Below the pieces are notes generated by a model. The model did not search any database and had not been told where the DNA came from. It saw nothing but the letters and a program-made list of their open reading frames with translations. This document shows, in pieces, positions 30,460-39,557 of a DNA stretch of 61,090 nucleotides. Each line of letters starts with the position of its first letter. Position 1 is the first letter of the stretch. The DNA is taken from contig JAACPI010000004.1 in the NCBI GenBank assembly GCA_009995545.1, positions 1-61,090 on the forward strand. Reading direction: 5' to 3'. Origin of the DNA: a bacterium (GTDB lineage: Bacteria; Patescibacteriota; WWE3; 2-01-FULL-39-13; JAACPI01). The position numbers were made by a program, and so were the translations under genes.

Positions 30460-30714
30460 ATGTCATCTAAAGTTATAAAGAAAATCAAAAAAAGAGATAT
30501 TCAAAAAATAGTTGTTGATAGAGATTTGTGCATTGGTGCAGCCCCTTGTGTGGTAGTAGCTCCTAGTGCTTTTGAATTAGATTCAGAGGGAAAAGCAATA
30601 GTATTAAAAGACTGGATTAAACATACTGATGATGAGTTGTTAATTGCTGCTCAAAGCTGCCCTGTCCAGGCTATCTTACTTTTTGACAAATTAGGTAAGC
30701 AGATTTTTCCTTAA
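30460..30714 (+). CDS. Ferredoxin ([3Fe-4S] type)
   Basis: CIGAAPC (Ala at the second Cys position) and CPVQAI. Confidence 0.88.
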   Translation: MSSKVIKKIKKRDIQKIVVDRDLCIGAAPCVVVAPSAFELDSEGKAIVLKDWIKHTDDELLIAAQSCPVQAILLFDKLGKQIFP

Positions 30715-30738
30715 TCAAAATTATAGTTTAAAGAAGGT

Positions 30739-31407
30739 ATGCGTATGTTTAAAGCTGAATTATTAGCAAAAAAGGCCGTATCCCCAAACGTAATTGAATT
30801 TACATATAGTCGGCCTTTAAATTTCAATTATTTGCCTGGTCAGTATATCTCTATAGTGGTTGATAAAATCACAAACAGATCTTACTCTTTAAACTCTCCC
30901 CCTTTAAATAGTGAGACAATATCCTCTTTAGTGGACATTTCCCCTGGGGGTAAGGGAACCACTTATCTAAAAAAGATGGCTGTAGGAGGTTTAATTACTT
31001 TCAAGGGTCCTTATGGCCACATGATTCTACCTGATAAACTTGATACTTATAAAAATTTAAATTTTATTGCAACAGGTACGGGTATTTGCCCCTTTATTTC
31101 TATTATCTCTCATTTAGAGGGTGCAGATTTTACGGGCAAAATAAATTTGTTATATTCTGAAAAATATCAGAATGATCTTCTAGGACTATCTAATTTAAAA
31201 ATTGATAACATAGCTATTTCCTTAACCAGAGAGGAAGTTAAAGGTTATAATTACGGAAGAGTTACAGCTTACTTAAAAAAATTACCCAGGGAAAAGGCCT
31301 TATTTTTTATTTGTGGGAATACAAGAATGCTTTTAGAAGTTATAAAGTTACTAAAAAGAGATGGTGTTAAAGATTCTAAAGTTATCTACGAATCTTTTTA
31401 TTATTAG
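30739..31407 (+). CDS. Ferredoxin--NAD(P)+ reductase-like flavoprotein
   Basis: PGQY, RSYS, GPYG, ATGTGICP and ICG. Confidence 0.9.
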   Translation: MRMFKAELLAKKAVSPNVIEFTYSRPLNFNYLPGQYISIVVDKITNRSYSLNSPPLNSETISSLVDISPGGKGTTYLKKMAVGGLITFKGPYGHMILPDKLDTYKNLNFIATGTGICPFISIISHLEGADFTGKINLLYSEKYQNDLLGLSNLKIDNIAISLTREEVKGYNYGRVTAYLKKLPREKALFFICGNTRMLLEVIKLLKRDGVKDSKVIYESFYY

Positions 31408-31416
31408 TTATACCAA

Positions 31417-32412
31417 ATGGATTTTTTAGAAAGAATTGAAAAATTAAAAACTAACTTAGGAGTTGTGGAAAAAGAAAAGGAGTTATCTGCTTTGGAAGAA
31501 CAAATCCAAGCACCTGACTTTTGGTTAAATTCTACAGATGCTCAAATTAAAACTCAAAAGTATAATTCTACAAAGAGTATAATTGAAAAATTCATTACAT
31601 TGGATATTCTTTTGTCCGAGGGTAAAGATACCGAAGTAGCAGAAATATTAGATGAGCTGGAAATTCTTACCTACCTATCTGGCAAATACGATTTTAATAA
31701 TGCTTTTTTTTCTATTCATTCTGGTCAAGGTGGGGTAGAGGCGATGGATTGGGCACAAATGTTGGAACGTATGTACCTATCCTACTTTTCTAAGGTAGGG
31801 TATAAGGTAACCCAGGTTGATAGAAATATTGGCGAAGAAGCAGGTATAAAGTCTGCTTATTACAAAGTGGTGGGCGATAATGCCTTTGGTTACTTAAAAA
31901 GAGAGTCAGGGACCCATAGATTAGTAAGGCAGAGTCCTTTTAATGCTAATAGTTTAAGACAAACTTCCTTTGCTAAGGTAGAAGTTTTACCTGAAATCCC
32001 CTTTAAAGAAGTGGAGCTTAATGAAAATGAATTACAAATTACTACAATGCATTCAAGTGGTGCTGGGGGACAAAATGTAAATAAGGTTGAAACGGCTGTT
32101 AGAGTTAAACACATACCTACGGGCATTGTTATCTCCAGTCAGGCCGAACGTTCTCAGCCAAGAAATAAAGAAATTGCCTTGCAGATACTTTATTCAAAGT
32201 TAGTTGAAATGGCGGAGGAAAAAAGAAAATTAGCTGAGGGGGATCATAAGGATTCTGGAACAGCTAGTTGGGGTACCCAAATAAGGTCCTATGTTTTACA
32301 TCCTTATAAACAGGTTACTGACCACAGAACTGATCTAAAAATTACTAACGCTGAGTCTGTTTTAGATGGAAATCTAGAGGATTTTATTGAAAGTGATTTA
32401 CGATCCTTCTAG
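31417..32412 (+). CDS. prfB: Peptide chain release factor 2
   Basis: SPF tripeptide, GGQ and QIRSYV; continuous ORF. Confidence 0.96.
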   Translation: MDFLERIEKLKTNLGVVEKEKELSALEEQIQAPDFWLNSTDAQIKTQKYNSTKSIIEKFITLDILLSEGKDTEVAEILDELEILTYLSGKYDFNNAFFSIHSGQGGVEAMDWAQMLERMYLSYFSKVGYKVTQVDRNIGEEAGIKSAYYKVVGDNAFGYLKRESGTHRLVRQSPFNANSLRQTSFAKVEVLPEIPFKEVELNENELQITTMHSSGAGGQNVNKVETAVRVKHIPTGIVISSQAERSQPRNKEIALQILYSKLVEMAEEKRKLAEGDHKDSGTASWGTQIRSYVLHPYKQVTDHRTDLKITNAESVLDGNLEDFIESDLRSF

Positions 32413-32485
32413 TTGATAAAAATTTATAGCGTATTTACCCATTTCTAACCTAGTTACTTTTTACTGATATTGCTATAATGAATTA

Positions 32486-32896
32486 ATGAATCCATCTCTG
32501 CCGGATACAAAAAAACTCATTTCAGTGATGTTGTTTTTACTCGTGGTAGGCTTGTCTTATTTTGTTGGTGTTAAAAAGCCTGTAAATAAAGATATTACGG
32601 GTGATACCCCTTCTAGGGAAGGTAAAATATCGAATGCTTTTTTTATTCCACCCGACTCCACTGTAAAAGAAGCAAAAGTTAGGGGTAGGGTACTACCCGC
32701 CCAGATTGGAGAATTTGACGGGGCAAGCCACAAAGTTGTTGATGGCGACGGTAAGGTTTTAGTATATGCTTATACCGAAGATGATAAACTTAAGCAGCAA
32801 GAGCAGAGCGTTGTAACATTAGTAGGTTCTGTTCCAATTGGAACCAACATAAGCCCGAAAACTTTATTAAAGGTTGACTATATATCGTTTAAATAA
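32486..32896 (+). CDS. Hypothetical protein with N-terminal membrane anchor
   Basis: 136-aa ORF with TAATG coupling to ftsE. Confidence 0.65.
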   Translation: MNPSLPDTKKLISVMLFLLVVGLSYFVGVKKPVNKDITGDTPSREGKISNAFFIPPDSTVKEAKVRGRVLPAQIGEFDGASHKVVDGDGKVLVYAYTEDDKLKQQEQSVVTLVGSVPIGTNISPKTLLKVDYISFK

Positions 32897-33552
32897 TGCT
32901 CAAATTCGAAAACGTTTCAAAAAAATACGGCAATAAACAGGTTTTAGATGATGTGGATTTATTCGTCGACGACGGTGAATTTGTTTTTTTAATGGGTACT
33001 TCGGGGGCTGGAAAAACTACCCTTCTTAGAATGATTCTACGTGAAGAGAGCCCTGATTCGGGTAAAGTATTTTTTGATAAAAAGGATCTTCTTCAGTATT
33101 CAAAGTCAGAACTTCCCGGAATCCGGAGAAAAATAGGTTTTATTTTTCAAGATTTTAAACTTTTAGAATCTAAAAATGCTTCGCAAAATGTTTCTTTATC
33201 TTTAGATATTCTCGGAAAATCTGCCAAACAAATAAAACAACTAGTTCCTGAACTTTTAAAAAGCGTTGGGCTTTCTGAAAAGGGTAATAATTACCCATGG
33301 CAACTTAGTGGCGGTGAAAAACAAAGATTGGCTATTGCCAGGGCCGTGGCACTAGAACCTAAACTTATAATTGCGGATGAGCCAACAGGAAATTTAGATA
33401 AAGGTACCAGTTGGGAAATAATTAACTTACTAAATACCTTAAACAAGGAGAATGGCACTACCATAATTGTAGCTACCCATGATGAAACTCTAGTAAACTC
33501 ATTAAAAAAGAAAGTTTATAAAATAGAAAATGGGAGGATTCAAAATGCGTAG
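32896..33552 (+). CDS. ftsE: Cell division ATP-binding protein FtsE
   Basis: GTSGAGKTT, FQDFKLL, LSGGEKQR and ADEPTGNLD; adjacent to ftsX. Confidence 0.93.
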   Translation: MLKFENVSKKYGNKQVLDDVDLFVDDGEFVFLMGTSGAGKTTLLRMILREESPDSGKVFFDKKDLLQYSKSELPGIRRKIGFIFQDFKLLESKNASQNVSLSLDILGKSAKQIKQLVPELLKSVGLSEKGNNYPWQLSGGEKQRLAIARAVALEPKLIIADEPTGNLDKGTSWEIINLLNTLNKENGTTIIVATHDETLVNSLKKKVYKIENGRIQNA

Positions 33553-34417
33553 ATATTTTAAGACGGCTTCGGACAACTTAAAAATGCAGTCAGTTATTAC
33601 TTTTGTAAGCTTAATTACTAGTACCCTAACTTTTTTTATGCTTTCCTGTTTTTTAAGTTTTGCTTTGTTATCTAACTACCTTTTAAACTTTTTAGAAAGT
33701 AAGGCTCAAATAACCGTATATTTTCAAGATTCTGCTTCTCAGGACCATATTTTAGATGTTAAAAAACAACTTTTAGATCAAGATTTTGTTAGTGATGTTT
33801 CTTATACCTCAAAAGAGGAAGCTTTGAATATATTTTTAAACTTGTATGAGTCCGAACCTTTATTAACCGAAAATGTGGATGTTGGGATTTTTCCAGCCTC
33901 TTTAGATGTTAGGGTTAAAGATATCTCTGATCTGGATAAGGCTTCTGAGTTTTTAAAAAACACTGATGAAATAGAAGAAATTAGCTACTTTAAAGAGGCT
34001 TTAGATCAATTTAAATCTTGGAGTAATGGAATTAAGTATGTTGGCTCTGTTTTAGTCTCGGCTCTTTTACTTATTAGTTTTTTAGTAATGCTTTTAGTTA
34101 CGGGCATAACCATAAGAGACAAATCTGAGGAAATACGCGTAACTAGATTATTAGGCGCTACAAACGGCTATATTCAAGGACCCTTCTTTGCTCAAACCTT
34201 TTTAGTTTCTTTAATTTCGTCTTTATTTTCCGTGGTTCTTTTCATGGGTTTGCTTCCTTTTGTTGAACCCTTTATTAGGCACCAGTTTTCCACAATTCCC
34301 ATACCGCCCGTAAGCTTCTTAACTATTTTGTATATTTTTGTAATACAGTTTGCTATTAACTTGTTTATCTCTTTTACCGGAACCTTGTTTGCGGTTAAAA
34401 AGTACATGAACCTTTAG
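33545..34417 (+). CDS. ftsX: Cell division permease FtsX
   Basis: 1+3 TM layout, YTSKEEAL and EI...RLLGAT..YI.GPF. Confidence 0.92.
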   Translation: MRRYFKTASDNLKMQSVITFVSLITSTLTFFMLSCFLSFALLSNYLLNFLESKAQITVYFQDSASQDHILDVKKQLLDQDFVSDVSYTSKEEALNIFLNLYESEPLLTENVDVGIFPASLDVRVKDISDLDKASEFLKNTDEIEEISYFKEALDQFKSWSNGIKYVGSVLVSALLLISFLVMLLVTGITIRDKSEEIRVTRLLGATNGYIQGPFFAQTFLVSLISSLFSVVLFMGLLPFVEPFIRHQFSTIPIPPVSFLTILYIFVIQFAINLFISFTGTLFAVKKYMNL

Positions 34418-34420
34418 CTT

Positions 34421-35686
34421 ATGCTTAACATACAGAAGGTTTTTTCGATCTTAACGGTTTTGATTGTTTCTGTGTTTTTCGTGTCCGCTATACATGGGCA
34501 AGAAGCTAGTACAACCGATGCTACTGCAAGTAAAACTTCACTAGAAAAGAAAATTCAAGATTACCAAACTAAACTAGACGACCTGGGTAATCAAAAAGGT
34601 TCCTTAGAAAAAGAAAAGCAATCACTAGAAAATCAAATAATTATTACCGGATATAAAATTGAGTCTGCCTCAATAGAAATTGCCGAAAAGATTAAAGAAA
34701 TTGAGTTTTTAACTGATGATTTAAATTTTTTAGAAACAAGATTAGATAAAATTGTTGAATCTATATCCTCCCAAGAAGAAATATTTGATCGCAGAATACG
34801 TGAAAAGTATAAAACTTCTAGGGTCAGCTCTATCCCCCTACTAGTTACTTCTAACGGGTTTTCAACCTTTATGAGTAAGGTTAAATACGATCAAATAGCC
34901 GAAGAAATGGATAAAAGCTTACTAGGGGATATGCGTTCAACTCAAAAATCCTATGAGGCTCAACAAGGAATATTAGCAGATAAAAAATTAGAGATAGAAA
35001 AAGCCAAACAGGTTGTTGAAAATCAAAAGGCCGAGTCTGAGAGACTTAAAAATGAATTTTCTGATCTAAAAAAGCAAAAAGAGAGCCTACTAGAAATTAC
35101 AAAAAACGACGAAAAAAAATATCAACAACTTTTGGACGATGCCAAAAAGGAGCTTGATCAAATACAATCTGCTGCCAGTGTTGTGATAAGAACTGGCAAA
35201 TCCGTTAGTGTAAAAAAAGGGGAAACTATAGGAACAATGGGAAATTCTGGATTTTCTACAGGTGCACATTTACATTTTAGTATCTACCAATACTCTGTTG
35301 AAGATTTTAATAACTACAATGGGTGGGCATGGTATTACTCAAAACACATTAATCCAGTTAACAAGCTAAGTCCCAAATCGGTGACTTGGGGAACAGGTTG
35401 TTATTTAGATCCCTCGGGTAGTGAGACTTCTGGTAAGGGAGATTGGGACTGGCCCATGTCTTCTCCTGTTATTACTCAAAATTATGGTAATAATACTTGT
35501 TACAATTGGATGTATGGGGGTAAGTCACACCCTGCTATTGATATGGTTAGCTACAGTAATATTTCTGTAAAGGCAATTGCTGATGGAGAGGCCTATTTTT
35601 GTAGAAATTGTCTAGGCGATGGCGGAAATGGAGTTTTTGTCTTTCATAAAGGTTCCTACATGAGTGTTTATTGGCATTTAAGGTAG
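34421..35686 (+). CDS. Secreted coiled-coil peptidoglycan hydrolase with circularly permuted M23 domain
   Basis: Signal peptide and long coiled coil; GNSGFSTGAHLHF precedes WDWP..ITQNYG..HPAID..YWHL. Confidence 0.85.
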   Translation: MLNIQKVFSILTVLIVSVFFVSAIHGQEASTTDATASKTSLEKKIQDYQTKLDDLGNQKGSLEKEKQSLENQIIITGYKIESASIEIAEKIKEIEFLTDDLNFLETRLDKIVESISSQEEIFDRRIREKYKTSRVSSIPLLVTSNGFSTFMSKVKYDQIAEEMDKSLLGDMRSTQKSYEAQQGILADKKLEIEKAKQVVENQKAESERLKNEFSDLKKQKESLLEITKNDEKKYQQLLDDAKKELDQIQSAASVVIRTGKSVSVKKGETIGTMGNSGFSTGAHLHFSIYQYSVEDFNNYNGWAWYYSKHINPVNKLSPKSVTWGTGCYLDPSGSETSGKGDWDWPMSSPVITQNYGNNTCYNWMYGGKSHPAIDMVSYSNISVKAIADGEAYFCRNCLGDGGNGVFVFHKGSYMSVYWHLR

Positions 35687-35731
35687 TCGTTTATATAATC
35701 AGAGATATTGAAAATCTTGTATTTAGGTTTG

Positions 35732-36169
35732 CTAAACCTCTATTTTAACGATGTTAGCAACTCTTTTTCTACTCTCTATTTTCAATTTAACTAAGATATA
35801 ATTTTCAATTTGTTTAACAATTAACTCTGGCCATTCAATAACTACTACATTTTTTACATTATTAATTTCTTCTAAAATCCCTAATTCGTCTAGTTCTTGC
35901 TTGCCCGAAAGTCTGTATAAGTCATAGTGGCATAAATTTAGAAAATAGTTGTCAGTAGTTGTATATTTTTTAGCAATAGTAAATGTGGGTGAATTAACCC
36001 TAGTTTTAACCCCAAGCTGTATAGCTATATTTTGGGTAATTGTTGTTTTTCCGGCCCCTAGCTCTCCTTTTAATAAAATTGTATTACAGTTGGTTTTTTT
36101 ACACTGATTAACTAAGTACTGGGATAATTCTTGTAAACTATTTAAATCAGTATAGTCGAATGTCTTCAT
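35732..36169 (-). CDS. tsaE: tRNA t6A biosynthesis ATPase TsaE
   Basis: GELGAGKTT, SPTF, HYDLYRL and IEWPE. Confidence 0.95.
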   Translation of the reverse strand: MKTFDYTDLNSLQELSQYLVNQCKKTNCNTILLKGELGAGKTTITQNIAIQLGVKTRVNSPTFTIAKKYTTTDNYFLNLCHYDLYRLSGKQELDELGILEEINNVKNVVVIEWPELIVKQIENYILVKLKIESRKRVANIVKIEV

Positions 36170-36570
36170 ACAAGTATTTTTTTAATAAATTCAGGAGTTT
36201 TTCCCCACAAGGTTTTTAAATAAACCGCGCCAATTAGACCTCCTAATATATCTATAAAGACATCTTTTACTGCAGGACCTCTACCCTCAACAAAACCCTG
36301 ATGAAATTCGTCGGAAGAGGCATAGAGTACTACTATAATCAAAGATATTATAAATTTGTGTTTAAAGTTTTCTTTTTCAATACTTTTATTTACTAAAATA
36401 AATAAAACAGCGTATTCGGTTAAGTGTGCTATTTTGCGTATAACTAAGTCCCAGTCGTTATTCTGATTAATTCGGGCATTTGGAATGCTTGAAAGAGCAA
36501 ATATAAATAACATCCAAATAACCACCTTGTAGTATTTTTTTATAAAATTCATTATTCTATTATACTTCAA
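36166..36570 (-). CDS. VanZ-family membrane protein
   Basis: RKIAH..EY and YASSDEFHQ.FV.GR....DV.ID. Confidence 0.9.
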   Translation of the reverse strand: MKYNRIMNFIKKYYKVVIWMLFIFALSSIPNARINQNNDWDLVIRKIAHLTEYAVLFILVNKSIEKENFKHKFIISLIIVVLYASSDEFHQGFVEGRGPAVKDVFIDILGGLIGAVYLKTLWGKTPEFIKKILV

Positions 36571-36619
36571 TAAAGCCTAGTTCTACATAAATGCACCAAG
36601 CTAATGTTATAATTTTAAA

Positions 36620-36964
36620 GTGAAAAATAATATTTTATTAAAAATTAAGAGCACTGGTAGAGAGGACAAAGAGTTAATTGTAAAGTACGGTACAGCTACG
36701 TACAAAAAGAATTTTTCCGGGGATTTTTTGTCTAACTTACAGTTAGTTCTTAGAGAAAAAGGGTTAAAAATTGCGGATGTTAGTAATATTTTACCTTTAA
36801 AGTCGGATAGCTTTACTGGGTTTAGAGAATCTGTAGTTATTGCTAATATTTTTAATGGTATTTATAAAAAAGTTCCTTTAAATAAGCTTGTGCTAGCCAA
36901 ATATCACAAAGAACCAAATATAAATATACGAACTAAAACTGCATCCCCAAAGCCTCTAAATTAG
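36620..36964 (+). CDS. tsaB: Miniature TsaB-like protein
   Basis: SFTGFR..V.IAN and C-terminal Y..EPNI; near tsaE. Confidence 0.55.
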   Translation: MKNNILLKIKSTGREDKELIVKYGTATYKKNFSGDFLSNLQLVLREKGLKIADVSNILPLKSDSFTGFRESVVIANIFNGIYKKVPLNKLVLAKYHKEPNINIRTKTASPKPLN

Positions 36965-37991
36965 TTTTTTTGTTTGCTAAAAAACTGAACATAGCACCTC
37001 CTCCGGTGGACACAAACGTATAGTTTTTAAAATTTCCAAACTTTTCTACCGCAGAAATAGTGTCACCTCCTCCAATTATTTTTAATGCCCGGGTATTACT
37101 TTCTATTGCTTCAATTAATTTGACCGTGGATTTTTGATAAAGTTCCGACTCAAATTTTCCTAGAGGCCCGTTCCATATAATTGTTGTTGCAGAAGAAACC
37201 CTAGAAGTAATTTGTTTTGTCGATTCTTCTGATATATCCAAACCACTGGGTAAAAGGTTTGCTAAGTAAGATCTGCCTTGCAAACTAGCACTAAGTTCCG
37301 GGGAGTTCATAATCTCTTTAGGCATAAGACCCCCTATTAAAAATAAATCAAAGTGAGACATTATATCTTGCATGAGGGGTATTTTAGTTTCAGCCTTGGC
37401 TCCCCCGAGCACAAAATAAGCTGGCCGTTCGAATCTCCCTATTCTAATTTTTGATAAATGACTTATTTCGTTTAAATAATTTTCGCCTGCAGCTACTTTG
37501 CCTATAACTTTGGGAAAAAAATAATTTGAGGCTTCTTTTCTATGACTCATGGCAAAGGCCTCATCTACAAAGTATTCGAATTGTTTTGTAACTTTGCTTA
37601 TTTCTTTTGCCTCTTCCGGGTTGTTTTTTAAGTAATCTAGCTCTGACCAAGAAAAAAATCTAATATTTTCAAATATAACTATTTTATTTTGGTCTATACT
37701 AATTTTTAGGTTGTTTAGTTCGTTTTCAAAATATATATTTTCACCTAATAAATACTTAAGTTTGGGGATTATATTTTTGGTACTTAAAGACTCTTCTTTT
37801 TTAGTAGGCCTTCCCAACTTAGTTAAAATTAAGATCTTATTGTTGTTTTTAAGAAGTGTAGAGATTGTGGGTATACATCGTTTAATTCTATAGTCACTAG
37901 ATATGTTTAGATTAATGTCTAAAGGTACATCAAAGTCACAACATACCACTACCTTGGAGTTAATGATTTCGGAGAGTGAGCAGTATTCCAT
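36933..37991 (-). CDS. pgk: Phosphoglycerate kinase (divergent)
   Basis: DF.VPL, LGRP, ENIRF, GGAK, WNGPLG.FE, GGGDT and STGGGA. Confidence 0.92.
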   Translation of the reverse strand: MEYCSLSEIINSKVVVCCDFDVPLDINLNISSDYRIKRCIPTISTLLKNNNKILILTKLGRPTKKEESLSTKNIIPKLKYLLGENIYFENELNNLKISIDQNKIVIFENIRFFSWSELDYLKNNPEEAKEISKVTKQFEYFVDEAFAMSHRKEASNYFFPKVIGKVAAGENYLNEISHLSKIRIGRFERPAYFVLGGAKAETKIPLMQDIMSHFDLFLIGGLMPKEIMNSPELSASLQGRSYLANLLPSGLDISEESTKQITSRVSSATTIIWNGPLGKFESELYQKSTVKLIEAIESNTRALKIIGGGDTISAVEKFGNFKNYTFVSTGGGAMFSFLANKKTNLEALGMQF

Positions 37992-38106
37992 TTGTTAATT
38001 ATACCTAAACTATTTTCTAGTAAAACTAAGTGAATAATAATTGTTCTTTCTTCTAACCAATTAACTGTATATATTATATAATAGTTAACAAGTAAGCCCT
38101 TAAAAT

Positions 38107-38967
38107 ATGCCCCATAGACTTTTTAAGCCAAGACATAAACAAAGATCCCATGCTACCTCTTCGTGGGCTCTGTTATTTTCTAATCTTTTAGTTTTATCTC
38201 TTTTGCTTCTTAGGCATTTACCTGTAAATAAAGAAGGGGCCAAGATCTTAGGTTTTGCTACTAATGTTAAATTAGTGGATTTATTTGATCAGACTAATTT
38301 AGAAAGAGATCAACTGGGGCTAAAAAAACTTAAATACAACTTAGTACTAGAAGACATAGCCAAGCAAAAAGCTGCGGATATGTTTAACGACAATTACTGG
38401 GCACACGTGGCCCCCGATGGCAGAACGCCCTGGGATTTTTTTCAGGAATCAAACTATAAATACTTATATGCCGGAGAAAATTTAGCTAAAGACTTTGATA
38501 AGACTCCAAACTTAATTCAGGCCTGGATGAATTCTCCAACACATCGAGAAAACATTGTAAATCCAAATTACACAGAAATAGGTTTTGCAGTAGTTAATGG
38601 GAAATTAGATGGTGAAGAAACAACCTTAGTAGTTCAAGAATTTGCAAAACCAGAACCGGGTTTTATAACTAGTACTCTAGAGGAACCGGTAGGGACCTTA
38701 GGTATTAATCAGGTTACCGTAGAAGAAACTCCTACAGTTAACTATTTAAGTTCCAGTAGTAAGTCTTTTGTGTCGGTAAATATTTTATATATTATGTATT
38801 TTTCCTATTTTGTCTTGGGATTCTTTGCCATGTCGCTTCTTATTGATGGGGTTTGGGCATATAAAGAAGGTCACTTAAGAGTAACGGGTAACACAGTTTC
38901 TCATATCATTCTTTTTGTAGCTTCTATTGTATTTATTTTCTATCTACACCATCCCGAAATCATATGA
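38107..38967 (+). CDS. CAP (SCP) domain protein
   Basis: YWAH..PDG..PW, AGENLA and WMNSPTHRENI. Confidence 0.92.
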   Translation: MPHRLFKPRHKQRSHATSSWALLFSNLLVLSLLLLRHLPVNKEGAKILGFATNVKLVDLFDQTNLERDQLGLKKLKYNLVLEDIAKQKAADMFNDNYWAHVAPDGRTPWDFFQESNYKYLYAGENLAKDFDKTPNLIQAWMNSPTHRENIVNPNYTEIGFAVVNGKLDGEETTLVVQEFAKPEPGFITSTLEEPVGTLGINQVTVEETPTVNYLSSSSKSFVSVNILYIMYFSYFVLGFFAMSLLIDGVWAYKEGHLRVTGNTVSHIILFVASIVFIFYLHHPEII

Positions 38968-39215
38968 ACAATCTAAAAGGTTATCTAGCACACAACATAA
39001 TTCTTGTAATTTGGTTTATGATAATCGGGGCAGCTTACTTTTACAGCTCAGTTGCTTTTTATAAACATTTAATAATTTTGGGAGGCATACTAGGATTTTT
39101 TGGAATTAATTTTTATTACCAGCAAACCCGGGCAAGATTAAGTATAAACGTACTTTTAGAGTATTTTTTAGTAGGAAGTTTGGTTTACTTGCTGTATTTG
39201 GTAATTGCACTTTAA
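38964..39215 (+). CDS. Small 3-TM membrane protein
   Basis: Hydrophobic 83-aa ORF with ATGA overlap. Confidence 0.65.
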   Translation: MNNLKGYLAHNIILVIWFMIIGAAYFYSSVAFYKHLIILGGILGFFGINFYYQQTRARLSINVLLEYFLVGSLVYLLYLVIAL

Positions 39216-39545
39216 ATGAAGAGAATAATTTTATTCTCTTTGTCTCTATTTTTGTTTAGCGTTTTAAAGCCAGATTATATCCACTCTCAAGACAAAGACG
39301 GGATAAACAAAATTATTCAACAAAATCTTGAAGATAGTACATCAGATTTTATAAAGAGTACGGGCGAAGATTTACAGGAATACGTACAAGAAGAAGTTAG
39401 CAACAAGACTATAGAATTAACTGAACAGGTTTATTCTCCTAAGTTTATAGATTCTGTTAAAAGTACTTTTTGGTATTGGTGGGGACAGCTATTAACATTT
39501 ATCCAACAAAAAGTCTCTGAATTTGGTAAGTATTACTCTAGGTAG
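39216..39545 (+). CDS. Hypothetical secreted protein
   Basis: Signal-peptide-like N-terminus; abuts the upstream stop. Confidence 0.6.
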   Translation: MKRIILFSLSLFLFSVLKPDYIHSQDKDGINKIIQQNLEDSTSDFIKSTGEDLQEYVQEEVSNKTIELTEQVYSPKFIDSVKSTFWYWWGQLLTFIQQKVSEFGKYYSR

Positions 39546-39557
39546 TAGAATACCCTT

